The notes beneath the pieces were generated by a model. It was not told the origin of the DNA. It worked only from the letters and a program-made list of their open reading frames with translations, and did not search any database. A DNA stretch of 48,811 nt from a virus. Taxonomy: Duplodnaviria; Heunggongvirae; Uroviricota; Caudoviricetes. The stretch lies in IMG/VR virus record IMGVR_UViG_2706794677_000013, one strand, 5' to 3'. Of this stretch, positions 11,037 to 20,087 are shown one piece after another. The translations under genes and the position numbers were made by a program. The first letter of the stretch is position 1, and each line of letters opens with the position of its first letter.

Positions 11037-11325
11037 ATGAAAAATATTGCGACAGGCGGCGTTCTGGAACGCATCCGCCGACTGACCCCGCCACATGTAA
11101 CCGCCCCATTCAGAACGGTAGCGGAGTGGCGCGAGTGGCAACTTGCTGAAGGCCAGAAACGTAGCGAGGAGATCAACCGCCTGAATCGCCAGTTGCGGGT
11201 GGAAAAAATTCTGAATCGCTCAGGCATCCAGCCGTTGCACCGTAAATGCTCGTTTGCGAATTACCAGGTGCAGAACGACGGCCAGCGATACGCGTTAAGC
11301 CAGGCGAAATCCATCGCCGATGAAC
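11037..11325 (+). CDS. Second copy of YdaV-like DnaC-family gene, 5' part only (runs into N gap)
   Basis: MKNIATGGVLERIRRL... about 90 percent identical at protein level to the start of the 9798 gene; truncated by N run. Confidence 0.6.
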
Positions 11326-11575
11326 NNNNNNNNNNNNNNNNNNNNNNNNNNNNNNNNNNNNNNNNNNNNNNNNNNNNNNNNNNNNNNNNNNNNNNNNNNN
11401 NNNNNNNNNNNNNNNNNNNNNNNNNNNNNNNNNNNNNNNNNNNNNNNNNNNNNNNNNNNNNNNNNNNNNNNNNNNNNNNNNNNNNNNNNNNNNNNNNNNN
11501 NNNNNNNNNNNNNNNNNNNNNNNNNNNNNNNNNNNNNNNNNNNNNNNNNNNNNNNNNNNNNNNNNNNNNNNNNNN
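11326..11575. other. Run of 250 N
   Basis: Literal n characters. Confidence 1.
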
Positions 11576-11591
11576 AGTTTCAGGAGGATTT

Positions 11592-12014
11592 ATGGCGAAA
11601 CCTTTTACTCCCGAACAGCGGGAAGAACTGAAGACGCGAATTGTGGAACTCGTGCATCAGGACGGTCGGGTCACGATTCGGCAGTTGTCAGATGAAACAG
11701 GTATCAGTCGTGCGTCTGTCGGTCGCTTATGCATAGAACTGGTCGCAAGTGGTGATGTATATAATTCTGGCTACGGCTTATTCCCGTCTGAACAGGCTCG
11801 CAAGGACTGGCAAAGCGCCCGCAAAAAACTCTCGAGAGTAAAGGTGAGGAAACCGGTTGTTGTTGATCCGGACCTTATCTGGTCATTACCTGACGGAGAA
11901 ATACGCCGCTACGACAGGCGCCTGAATATAATCTGTCGCGAGTGCCGGAAGAGCGAAGCTATGCAGCGTGTACTGGCTTTCTATCAGGGTAATTTTCAGG
12001 AGGCGATACTGTGA
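11592..12014 (+). CDS. Hypothetical nin-region protein, 140 aa, C-terminal CRECRK motif (paralog A of 15721..16137)
   Basis: ATG at 11592 preceded by caggagg; the ORF track merges it with upstream sequence only because the N run happens to keep frame. Confidence 0.6.
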   Translation: MAKPFTPEQREELKTRIVELVHQDGRVTIRQLSDETGISRASVGRLCIELVASGDVYNSGYGLFPSEQARKDWQSARKKLSRVKVRKPVVVDPDLIWSLPDGEIRRYDRRLNIICRECRKSEAMQRVLAFYQGNFQEAIL

Positions 12015-12071
12015 ATGAAATTAGCTATCAGGCTTCAATTACCGCTGGCATTCGCATCAAAGGAGAGGAGC

Positions 12072-12428
12072 ATGGAAATAAAACCAGAAGATGAGTTAAG
12101 CAATATCGTTTTATTTCCGGTAAAAGAGGATGACCCTCGTAATCAGGTTAATTTTCTTTATGAGCCATCGGAAAGACCATATTGCCATCACGCCTCTGTA
12201 CGGGTTGACGAAAAAGAGCGTCAGGTCCGCTGTAAAATCTGCGGTGCGGTTGTGGAGCCGTTTGACTGGATGCTCTCTGTGGCAAAAAGAGAAACCAGAC
12301 TGGCAGATGATGTAAGGCTATTGCGCCAGGAGGAACAGGAAAGGCGGAGAAATATAGAAAAGCTGATACAGATTGAGCGTAACGCGAAAGCGCGGATACG
12401 CAGGGCGACAAAATCCAGAACTGAATAA
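12072..12428 (+). CDS. Hypothetical protein with CxxC-type Cys pairs and basic coiled-coil C-terminus (start at MEIKPEDE)
   Basis: ATG preceded by aaggagagg; Cys pairs CHH...CKIC. Confidence 0.5.
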   Translation: MEIKPEDELSNIVLFPVKEDDPRNQVNFLYEPSERPYCHHASVRVDEKERQVRCKICGAVVEPFDWMLSVAKRETRLADDVRLLRQEEQERRRNIEKLIQIERNAKARIRRATKSRTE

Positions 12429-12575
12429 TTAAATTTAGCACTGTTAAAAATTTAATCCTTAACCGGAGGGATTTCTGCACCCTCAAATCATCAGGAGACC
12501 ACCCGAAAGGGCGGGGAGCAGTCACACATCTGTTTCCGATAGCCCCGTTCTAATGCTACACTCTTTGATATTTTT

Positions 12576-13262
12576 ATGACCCCAATAAACATATTTATGA
12601 CAGTTGCTGATTTCAAACGGCCCAAATTGGAGCTCCCAAACGGGGCAAACAAACTACTACTGCACTCTTGCTGTGCTCCATGTTCCGGTGAGGTGATGGA
12701 GGCGCTTCAGGCCTCGGGAATCGACTACACCATCTTTTTCTACAACCCGAACATTCATCCTCAGAAAGAGTATTTAATTCGTAAGGATGAGAATATTCGC
12801 TTTGCTGAACAACACGGCGTGCCGTTTATTGATGCTGATTACGACACAGACAACTGGTTTGAACGAGCCAAAGGAATGGAATGGGAGCCCGAACGAGGGA
12901 TCCGTTGCACCATGTGTTTTGACATGCGTTTTGAGCGGACAGCGCTGTACGCCGCTGAAAATGGTTTCAGTGTGATCAGCAGTTCACTGGGCATTTCACG
13001 CTGGAAAAATATGCAGCAGGTTAACGACTGTGGGCGGCGAGCCGTCGCGCATTATCCGGGCATGGTGTACTGGGATTATAACTGGCGCAAGCAGGGCGGC
13101 TCGTCCCGTATGATTGAAATCAGCAAGCGCGAAAAATTCTATCAGCAGGAATATTGTGGCTGTGTGTATTCTCTGCGCGATACCAATCTACACCGCAAAT
13201 CTCAGGGACGCCCTCTTATCAAAATTGGTCAACTCCACTACGGTAAAGAAGAGAAGGAGTGA
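12576..13262 (+). CDS. queH: QueH-like protein (DUF208, epoxyqueuosine reductase family), 228 aa
   Basis: N-terminal [10 protein letters not shown] motif plus later CTMC and EYCGC motifs, which I recognise as the QueH/DUF208 signature. Confidence 0.6.
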   Translation: MTPINIFMTVADFKRPKLELPNGANKLLLHSCCAPCSGEVMEALQASGIDYTIFFYNPNIHPQKEYLIRKDENIRFAEQHGVPFIDADYDTDNWFERAKGMEWEPERGIRCTMCFDMRFERTALYAAENGFSVISSSLGISRWKNMQQVNDCGRRAVAHYPGMVYWDYNWRKQGGSSRMIEISKREKFYQQEYCGCVYSLRDTNLHRKSQGRPLIKIGQLHYGKEEKE

Positions 13263-13489
13263 TTTTATGGGGCACCTTTCTGATTGATTTCATATTGGCG
13301 AGGTAAGTAGAATGACTGCGGGTGCTTGAGGCTATCTGCTTCAGGCATGAACACCAAAAGGCAGATAGAGAAAAGCCCCAGTTAACATTACGCGTCCGGC
13401 AAGACGCTTAACATTAATCTGAGGCCAATTTCATGCTTTGCACATGTAGGTTAGCCTCTTACATGCCGAAAGGCAAGGAGAAGCAGGCT

Positions 13490-13645
13490 ATGAAGCAGCA
13501 AAAGGCGATGTTAATCGCCCTGATCGTCATCTGTTTAACCGTCATAGTGACGGCACTGGTAACGAGGAAAGACCTCTGTGAGGTACGAATCCGAACCGGC
13601 CAGACGGAGGTCGCTGTCTTCGTAGACTACGAATCCAGGAAGTAA
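13490..13645 (+). CDS. hok: Hok/Gef-family membrane toxin, 51 aa (HokD/RelF-like); the longer in-frame ORF from 13433 may be a mok-like leader
   Basis: MKQQKAMLIALIVICLTVIVTALVTRKDLCEVRIRTGQTEVAVF... is a textbook Hok-family sequence; structured leader with stem ctatctgc/gcagatag upstream. Confidence 0.85.
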   Translation: MKQQKAMLIALIVICLTVIVTALVTRKDLCEVRIRTGQTEVAVFVDYESRK

Positions 13646-13721
13646 GAGTGACCGGGCGGGGAGCTGATCCCATCCCCGCCCACCTCTGATGTGTCAGGCA
13701 TCCTCAACGCACCCGCACTTA

Positions 13722-13765
13722 ACCCGCCCATCGCTGTGATCTCTCAGCGTTTCGGCGGGTTTTTT
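13722..13765 (+). terminator. Hairpin plus T-run downstream of hok (intrinsic terminator / hok mRNA 3' fold)
   Basis: cccgcc...ggcggg stem followed by tttttt. Confidence 0.5.
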
Positions 13766-13894
13766 GTTGTTTATTTCCGGTGAATTTGATTCGCGCACCT
13801 TCGCAGATAGAATCGACTCACTTAAGTAGCGCGCAGGGAGAAGAGGGATGGACCCCGAACAGGGGAGAGCTATTTATCTGGAAGGATTCTGAAG

Positions 13895-14182
13895 ATGAAA
13901 ATCGAAGAATTGCGTGAAATTTTTAGTGAAAATGGCCTCTATGCTGTGCGCGTTGAGAATGGAGCGATTGTCAGCCATTGCCGCATTAGATGTTTGCAAT
14001 CTCAACAAAGGAAGAGCGGTGCTGTGTTATTTTATTTTTGTAATGGACTTCTGACGGACGGTTTTATTTTGCGTGAGGACGAATTTGTCACATCATTACG
14101 GGTTTTGAAAGAGATTGGTTTTAAGGCTGGTTTTCTGCTTTTGCTGAAGAATAAACTCATCTACAATCTTGAGCAGGATTGA
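13895..14182 (+). CDS. Hypothetical protein, 95 aa
   Basis: ORF with RBS-like ggaagga upstream; no recognisable family. Confidence 0.4.
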   Translation: MKIEELREIFSENGLYAVRVENGAIVSHCRIRCLQSQQRKSGAVLFYFCNGLLTDGFILREDEFVTSLRVLKEIGFKAGFLLLLKNKLIYNLEQD

Positions 14183-14220
14183 ACTCCTGCTGTGTAACAC
14201 CGTGCCACCGGAGAAAGCCG

Positions 14221-14469
14221 ATGGCACATATACAACTGGTCAAACAAACCTCTTCCGGATTACTTCTCCCGGCGACGCCGGAGAGTTGCGATTTTCTGCA
14301 TCAAATCAAAATAGGTGAGTGGATACACGCAGACTTTAAGCGTGTGTGTAACTACGCATTCCACAAGCGTTTTTTCAAACTCCTGCAACTGGGTTTCGAT
14401 TACTGGACTCCGGTCGGTGGGGCGATCACGCCTCGCGAACGAAAACTGGTGTCCGGTTTCGTTGATTAC
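14221..14469 (+). CDS. DUF1367-like nin-region protein, N-terminal part only (runs into N gap); near-identical to the start of 20088..20687
   Basis: MAHIQLVKQTSSGLLLPATPESCDFLHQIKIGEWIHADFKRV... duplicated at 20088. Confidence 0.55.
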
Positions 14470-14719
14470 NNNNNNNNNNNNNNNNNNNNNNNNNNNNNNN
14501 NNNNNNNNNNNNNNNNNNNNNNNNNNNNNNNNNNNNNNNNNNNNNNNNNNNNNNNNNNNNNNNNNNNNNNNNNNNNNNNNNNNNNNNNNNNNNNNNNNNN
14601 NNNNNNNNNNNNNNNNNNNNNNNNNNNNNNNNNNNNNNNNNNNNNNNNNNNNNNNNNNNNNNNNNNNNNNNNNNNNNNNNNNNNNNNNNNNNNNNNNNNN
14701 NNNNNNNNNNNNNNNNNNN
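14470..14719. other. Run of 250 N
   Basis: Literal n characters. Confidence 1.
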
Positions 14720-14921
14720 GGTGGTGCTGCACCAGATTGTTGATCGCCGGACAGCGTCGATGCGCAGCGTGGGGATGCTGACAAACCTGAACTATGAGGC
14801 CATGAAAACATTGCTCGGCGAGCGGATTATGGATCGCATGACCATGAACGGCGGGCGATGGGTGAATTTTAACTGGGAGAGCTGGCGTCCGAATGTCGTC
14901 CAGCCAGGAATTGAGAAGTAA
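14720..14921 (+). CDS. C-terminal fragment of an unidentified protein whose start lies in the N run (not the C-terminus of the DUF1367-like protein)
   Basis: Open frame from the gap edge to a stop at 14919..14921; differs from the C-terminus of the 20088 protein. Confidence 0.3.
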
Positions 14922-14943
14922 TTTTTACCGGGAGGAAATTTTT

Positions 14944-15705
14944 ATGGAGACTGTTTTTGACGCACTGAAAGCAATGGGAAAAGCCACATCCATAGAACTT
15001 GCTGCGCGACTTGATATCAGTCGTGAAGAAGTGCTGAACGAACTATGGGAACTGAAAAAAGCTGGTTTCGTTGATAAAAGCGCGTACACCTGGCGTGTGG
15101 CTGATAACAACGTTCAGCAGGAACAGCCAATGCAGGCAGAACTGCCGGAAGAAACCACCACGGCAACTGTAGTGAAAATCTCAGAGTGCGATTTAACCGC
15201 GACGATTGAACAACGCGGACCACAAACGGCGGATGAACTGGCTACGCTGTTCGGTACAACATCCCGCAAAGTTGCTTCAACGCTGGCAATGGCAATCAGC
15301 AAAGGACGCCTGATTCGCGTAAACCAGAACAGTAAATTTCGTTACTGCATGCCGGGCGATAATTTACCAGCAGAGCCGAAAGCTGCATCGGTAGCGGAAA
15401 CTGATGGTAAAGCCTTTCCTCAGCCAGCCGGTGTTGCGTTACCAGTACAGGAAGCGGCAACACAGGAAGATATTAAAACAGAAACTGTGGCGGACATTGT
15501 GCAGTCGCTGCCATCGTTTACTGAAACGCAAGCGGATGACCTAGTTTTACCATCGCTGCATATGGCAAACCGCGAACTGCGTCGGGCGAAAAATCATGTC
15601 CAGAAGTGGGAGCGAGTCTGCGCCGCGCTGCGGGAGCTGAACAAGCACCGGGATATTGTCCGACAGATTGTCGATTCCTCCAGTCGTATTGTGTCGGAAA
15701 AGTGA
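14944..15705 (+). CDS. Hypothetical protein with two winged-helix-like segments, 253 aa (start at METVFDAL)
   Basis: ATG at 14944 preceded by gggagg; two HTH-like stretches ([26 protein letters not shown] and [29 protein letters not shown]). Confidence 0.5.
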   Translation: METVFDALKAMGKATSIELAARLDISREEVLNELWELKKAGFVDKSAYTWRVADNNVQQEQPMQAELPEETTTATVVKISECDLTATIEQRGPQTADELATLFGTTSRKVASTLAMAISKGRLIRVNQNSKFRYCMPGDNLPAEPKAASVAETDGKAFPQPAGVALPVQEAATQEDIKTETVADIVQSLPSFTETQADDLVLPSLHMANRELRRAKNHVQKWERVCAALRELNKHRDIVRQIVDSSSRIVSEK

Positions 15706-15720
15706 TTGCCGGAGGCGCTT

Positions 15721-16137
15721 ATGGCAAAAGTTTTTACACAGGAAGAGCGTGAAAAAATTAAGGAGCAGGTTGTTGAGTTGGTACGCCAGAGTGGGCGCGA
15801 GACGTTAAGGCAACTGGAGGCCAAGACAGGTGCGACAAGATATCTGATGAGCATTCTTGCCAGAGAGTTGGTTGCCAGTGGCGATGTATACAACTCTGGC
15901 TATGGGTTATTCCCGTCTGAACAGGCTCGTAAGGATTGGAAAAACGCCCGCAAAAAACTATCCAGGGCAAAGGTGAAAAAAACGGTTGTGGTTGATCCTG
16001 ACCTTATCTGGTCATTACCAGACGGAGAAATACGCCGCTATGACAGGCGTCAGAACATAATCTGTCGCGAGTGCCGGAAGAGTGAAGTTATGAAACGTGT
16101 ACTGGCATTTTATCAAGGAAATCTTCGGTATTTATAG
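15721..16137 (+). CDS. Hypothetical nin-region protein (paralog B of 11592..12014), 138 aa
   Basis: ATG at 15721 preceded by ggagg; C-terminal two thirds about 80 percent identical to paralog A, including the CRECRKSE motif. Confidence 0.6.
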   Translation: MAKVFTQEEREKIKEQVVELVRQSGRETLRQLEAKTGATRYLMSILARELVASGDVYNSGYGLFPSEQARKDWKNARKKLSRAKVKKTVVVDPDLIWSLPDGEIRRYDRRQNIICRECRKSEVMKRVLAFYQGNLRYL

Positions 16138-16275
16138 ACGTTACTAGATCAAAGAGCATTAGTTCATATGTAAATTGACATTTTTCTGGCACAGGGGAGA
16201 GCTAGCGTGGTTGTCCGCTTTGTGCCAATAGCGGACATTGCTGGCTCATGGTATGTTAGTTTAAGGAGGCAGGTT

Positions 16276-17298
16276 ATGCCCTGTATTTCGCTGTGGTATA
16301 ATAGTTGCGCAATTGATACAAGGGAGCGTTACATCGTGAAAATTGTTTTCGAGGTTAATGGAAAGAAAGTTCCACTAAAATCTTTAAAATACATAAGCAA
16401 AAAAGATCAACTCGAAGTAATGAAAAACTGGTTCTTTGAAAACTTTGAAGATCCGGCAAATGCTTGTCCGTATGAAAGTAGAGAAGGTGGCTATGCTTAC
16501 ATATATGGCGGGCCGTATGATGCGAGCGAAGAACTACAATCCATCTTCGGTCAATATGTTAAATCTGAGTATATTGAGGAATTAGTAGATGAATTACAAA
16601 CACAATGTTTTGACTGGTCTGGAAACTCAAATAATATAGATGATTGGTACGATGATGATATCTACGACGCTGTAACGTCTTCCGGTAATCCGTATTTAAA
16701 ATTCATTGATAATATCGATAAAATAAAAAAACTTGCAAAAGATAAAACTGAACAACAGCAAAAAAACCACTTGCTTAGTTTGCTCTACACGAATGTTATT
16801 ACAGCTTTGGAAACGCTTTATGTTGAGCTATTCATTAATTCTATAGAGAAAGATGATGTCTACATAGCCAATTGTATAGAAAAAGGTAAGACTGAATTTA
16901 AAGTAAGCAAAGATATTGCTGCGTTGCCTTTCAAGGGTGAACCCATCGAGAAAATTAGGGGAGAGCTAATCAGGTCAATCAAGGAACACTTGATCAGTGC
17001 AAGCTGGCATAGCACTAAAAAGGTAATCGACCGCTATGAAGCTACATTCGATATAAAAGTACAAAAAGACTGTCCGATAGAAGCTATTGAATTGGCAACC
17101 CTCAATCGAAATCACTTAGTGCATCGTGGTGGAAAGGATAAAGAAGGGAACCTCGTAGTGATTACAGACCAGGATCTTGAAACGCTGATTGAAAATGCAT
17201 CGAACCTGGCAATTATGCTCTACAACAGTTTAAATGTAGCAACGAATAAAACCACCATTTTGCAACCAGATGACAAACCGTTCATTCATGAATTTTAA
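16276..17298 (+). CDS. Unknown protein A of an AT-rich two-gene cassette, 340 aa; possible HEPN-like R-x4-H motif (RNHLVH) near the C-terminus
   Basis: Long ORF; ATG at 16276 preceded by a strong RBS (ttaaggagg); markedly AT-rich codon usage compared with flanking phage genes. Confidence 0.65.
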   Translation: MPCISLWYNSCAIDTRERYIVKIVFEVNGKKVPLKSLKYISKKDQLEVMKNWFFENFEDPANACPYESREGGYAYIYGGPYDASEELQSIFGQYVKSEYIEELVDELQTQCFDWSGNSNNIDDWYDDDIYDAVTSSGNPYLKFIDNIDKIKKLAKDKTEQQQKNHLLSLLYTNVITALETLYVELFINSIEKDDVYIANCIEKGKTEFKVSKDIAALPFKGEPIEKIRGELIRSIKEHLISASWHSTKKVIDRYEATFDIKVQKDCPIEAIELATLNRNHLVHRGGKDKEGNLVVITDQDLETLIENASNLAIMLYNSLNVATNKTTILQPDDKPFIHEF

Positions 17299-17313
17299 TA
17301 GCGCAGGTCATAC

Positions 17314-18315
17314 ATGGATATTCGCACACGAAAGACAAAATTTTTAGAGTCGTTAGATTCAACTGAAGTGATACGCAAAGCAGTAAGTCTCGCTATAGAT
17401 TGCATTATTGATAATCATAATAGTAATGAAGATACCCCCTTAGTTATTACCAGCTATGATGATCTCTGTAGAATCCAGGTGCTAAATTATGTACAGGAGT
17501 TTTGCGAAGCTGCATTCCCTGATATGGATGAATATTACTTTAGTCCTAACATACTTCGCATCAACGGCAAGACTAGTGAAGAAGCTTGTATTAACTTAAT
17601 TAAACTCTTAAGAAGTACAAAAGGCATGCTATTCTGGTCCGATGCCCCATCGTGGTTCGCTAGCCTCCCCGACGGATTATTCCATGTTGTTAACATTGAT
17701 CAAAAAATCGTTACTCGCGGCCTTAATAAGAAAAACTCTAAGCCGACAATAATCAATAAAGATTACAGTGTAGATACACTACTATCAGAGCTATTTTTGA
17801 ATGGCGCACACATGGAGCAACCCAACGTACACAACGTTTCTGAGGGAAACATGAAGTTCTATGATGAATGCCATGCTGGATTAATCAGACCAATACCCGC
17901 TCCAATAGGCGCGTCATACGATGAAGAGATCACAATTAATTCTCCAGATTGGCAAAAGCTCGCGTGTGTAGCTTTACGCCGCTATCAGTCGAAGGAATGT
18001 CATGACGGAATGCAATGGGATACAACCGATCATGGTTGGACTGATGTAATCGCGTATCCATTCGTCGAAGAAATACAATCAATGGATAATAGTGGTTATC
18101 GACAATGTTTAGTTGGGCTGGTCACAATAAACAATTCAAATGCAAATTCTCCGTACCTATCTACCGTTTGGATACATCCATTTTATCGCAGGAGAGGGTT
18201 ATTAAGTAAGTTATGGCCAAAATTACAAGAGTTATATGGAAGTAACTTCGAAATTGAGCGACCTAATGAAAATATGAAAGCATTTCTGAAAAGTGCGAAA
18301 CACGCAGATTACTAA
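17314..18315 (+). CDS. Unknown protein B of the AT-rich cassette, 333 aa; C-terminal GNAT-acetyltransferase-like motif (VWIHPFYRRRGLLSKLWPKLQELYG)
   Basis: ORF starts 15 nt after gene A stop (operon-like); AT-rich; motif resemblance by eye only. Confidence 0.65.
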   Translation: MDIRTRKTKFLESLDSTEVIRKAVSLAIDCIIDNHNSNEDTPLVITSYDDLCRIQVLNYVQEFCEAAFPDMDEYYFSPNILRINGKTSEEACINLIKLLRSTKGMLFWSDAPSWFASLPDGLFHVVNIDQKIVTRGLNKKNSKPTIINKDYSVDTLLSELFLNGAHMEQPNVHNVSEGNMKFYDECHAGLIRPIPAPIGASYDEEITINSPDWQKLACVALRRYQSKECHDGMQWDTTDHGWTDVIAYPFVEEIQSMDNSGYRQCLVGLVTINNSNANSPYLSTVWIHPFYRRRGLLSKLWPKLQELYGSNFEIERPNENMKAFLKSAKHADY

Positions 18316-18935
18316 TTTATGAATCAGTCTGTGGAGTTAGGGTTGGTGTGAACAAGTAGGGTAAGAGCCTCAACGTGATGCTATGCCGACCTGCTCCCTG
18401 AGAATTCACACAGAAGGCTGCTAGCAATGTCTGCAGATCGCTCAAAGCGGACTAAAATGTTGGCTTGTTTCTGACTTAGAGCATTTAAGGAAGTGCTGGT
18501 GGTGACTGGTTGTTGTGTTCCATTTCTACAGAATAAAATCACAGAAACTATACCCAATAGTTGTATTGAATCACTGACGAGACAGCCTCATATTTATCAG
18601 GACTGGTGTGCGTCTAATACAGGGGGTTGTCGTGCTGGTTCTCAAATGTGCGCTGGCTATTGCGGCTGTAATGGCAATTTATTGTCTTGCTGTTGTTCTT
18701 ATGGAGCGGCTTTCTGATTGATTACATACTGGCTAGAAAAAAGGTGTTACCTTGGTTTATCTTTGTCCGGCAAGGTGCGCTCATTAATCTTAAGTAAATT
18801 TATTGCTCAAGTATTCAGATTACTTCTTATGGTTGAAGTCTCCTGTCAATGTAGAACCAATATATTTACAAAAATGAGACCCGTCGGGGATAGCCCTGCC
18901 GGGTCTGACTGTTAAAGCATTTTTAATATGATCAT

Positions 18936-19274
18936 CTATTTTTTGGTGCTATAGACTTTTTCGCCCGAAAAGTCTGGAGCGACCCAAAAGTTAATATTAA
19001 ACTGAGCATCATCGCTTAGTTCAACACGGTGCCAGTATTGTGGTGGGCTTGTTGCAAAAGCGCCAGCATTAATGACTACTTTTATCTCCGGTTCAGTAGC
19101 ATTCTCATCAGTAAAACCATAATATGTTACAGTGCCTTCCATTACGCACAACTGCCCAAAAACACCTGCTGCTGTATTATGATGTGTTAATAACGCTGAA
19201 GGTACGTTCTCTTTTGTGAAGAACGGAGTTGAGCGTTTGATTACCCAATCTTTAGGAATTCTCTTGTGTGTCAT
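18936..19274 (-). CDS. Small cupin/DUF1971-like protein (start at MTHKRIPKDW), convergent with the AT-rich cassette
   Basis: Minus-strand ORF; weak recollection of a DUF1971-type family (HHNTAAGVFGQL, PPQYWHRVE). Confidence 0.4.
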   Translation of the reverse strand: MTHKRIPKDWVIKRSTPFFTKENVPSALLTHHNTAAGVFGQLCVMEGTVTYYGFTDENATEPEIKVVINAGAFATSPPQYWHRVELSDDAQFNINFWVAPDFSGEKVYSTKK

Positions 19275-20087
19275 AACCACCTCCTCCAAAACATGCATTA
19301 AAAATGCATCTTTTGGAGGGTTATGTCAAGCTGTTATGAAACACATAATTGATATGTTGATTAGAGGAGAAGATAGAATAAATATGGTTGTTTTTCGTAT
19401 AACTATTTGTTTTACTTTTAGTTTATGCATTCTGTGTGTTAGGAATAAGTTATTAAAGTTTAATCAAAAAATCTCGATGTAGTCCACATAGATTACTGTT
19501 ACTGAACCTTATTGTGTGTATTAGTTGTGTTCTGAAATTTCAGCTTAATTATTTATGATGTATTTTTTAACGATAAATATTTTCCCAGGATACCTTTACT
19601 GTGTATATAAATAAATTATATACGCATAAATAATGTAAAGGCGTCCTTTTAGATATATCTTATCAAATGTTAATGACTTGAGTGGGAAATATGATTCCAG
19701 CAACTTATCATGTGGCTACTTTATAAAAATAATGCCCATATAAAACAACAAGCGAAAAGGATTACGGATAAAAAAGGAGCGAGATGTGCGAACTTGTTAT
19801 TTTCCATGTTTAACCACCTTAAATAATTGATGATGACGGGATGATTGCATCTGTAATGCTTTTATTGAAATGTTATGATAAAAAAGAACTTTTGCATAAC
19901 ATTAAAATGTAATTTATCTAATCGTTTTTAATAATAAGTGTCGTATTTCTATCCTTGTACCAGCTATTTGATATGTAGTGTTTGTTCATGCTATGTGGGG
20001 CTTTACACCATAGCCAGTTTATTTATACTTTATTCGTCAGCCTGAACAACTGGCATCTGCTGCGCTGCGCCATCGAGAGATTGAGAA

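Noticed and set aside
9362-11227. Minus-strand ORFs of 97 to 191 aa (9362..9937, 9852..10145, 10647..11141, 10871..11227)
   Set aside because: Antisense to the ydaU/ydaV-like genes and their duplicated copies; no start signals; Ser/Arg-rich artefactual translations
12148-12525. 125-aa minus-strand ORF
   Set aside because: Antisense to the 12072..12428 gene, with no RBS
14260-14811. ORFs running through N runs, including poly-X translations
   Set aside because: Reading frames kept open only by undetermined bases; not evidence of coding
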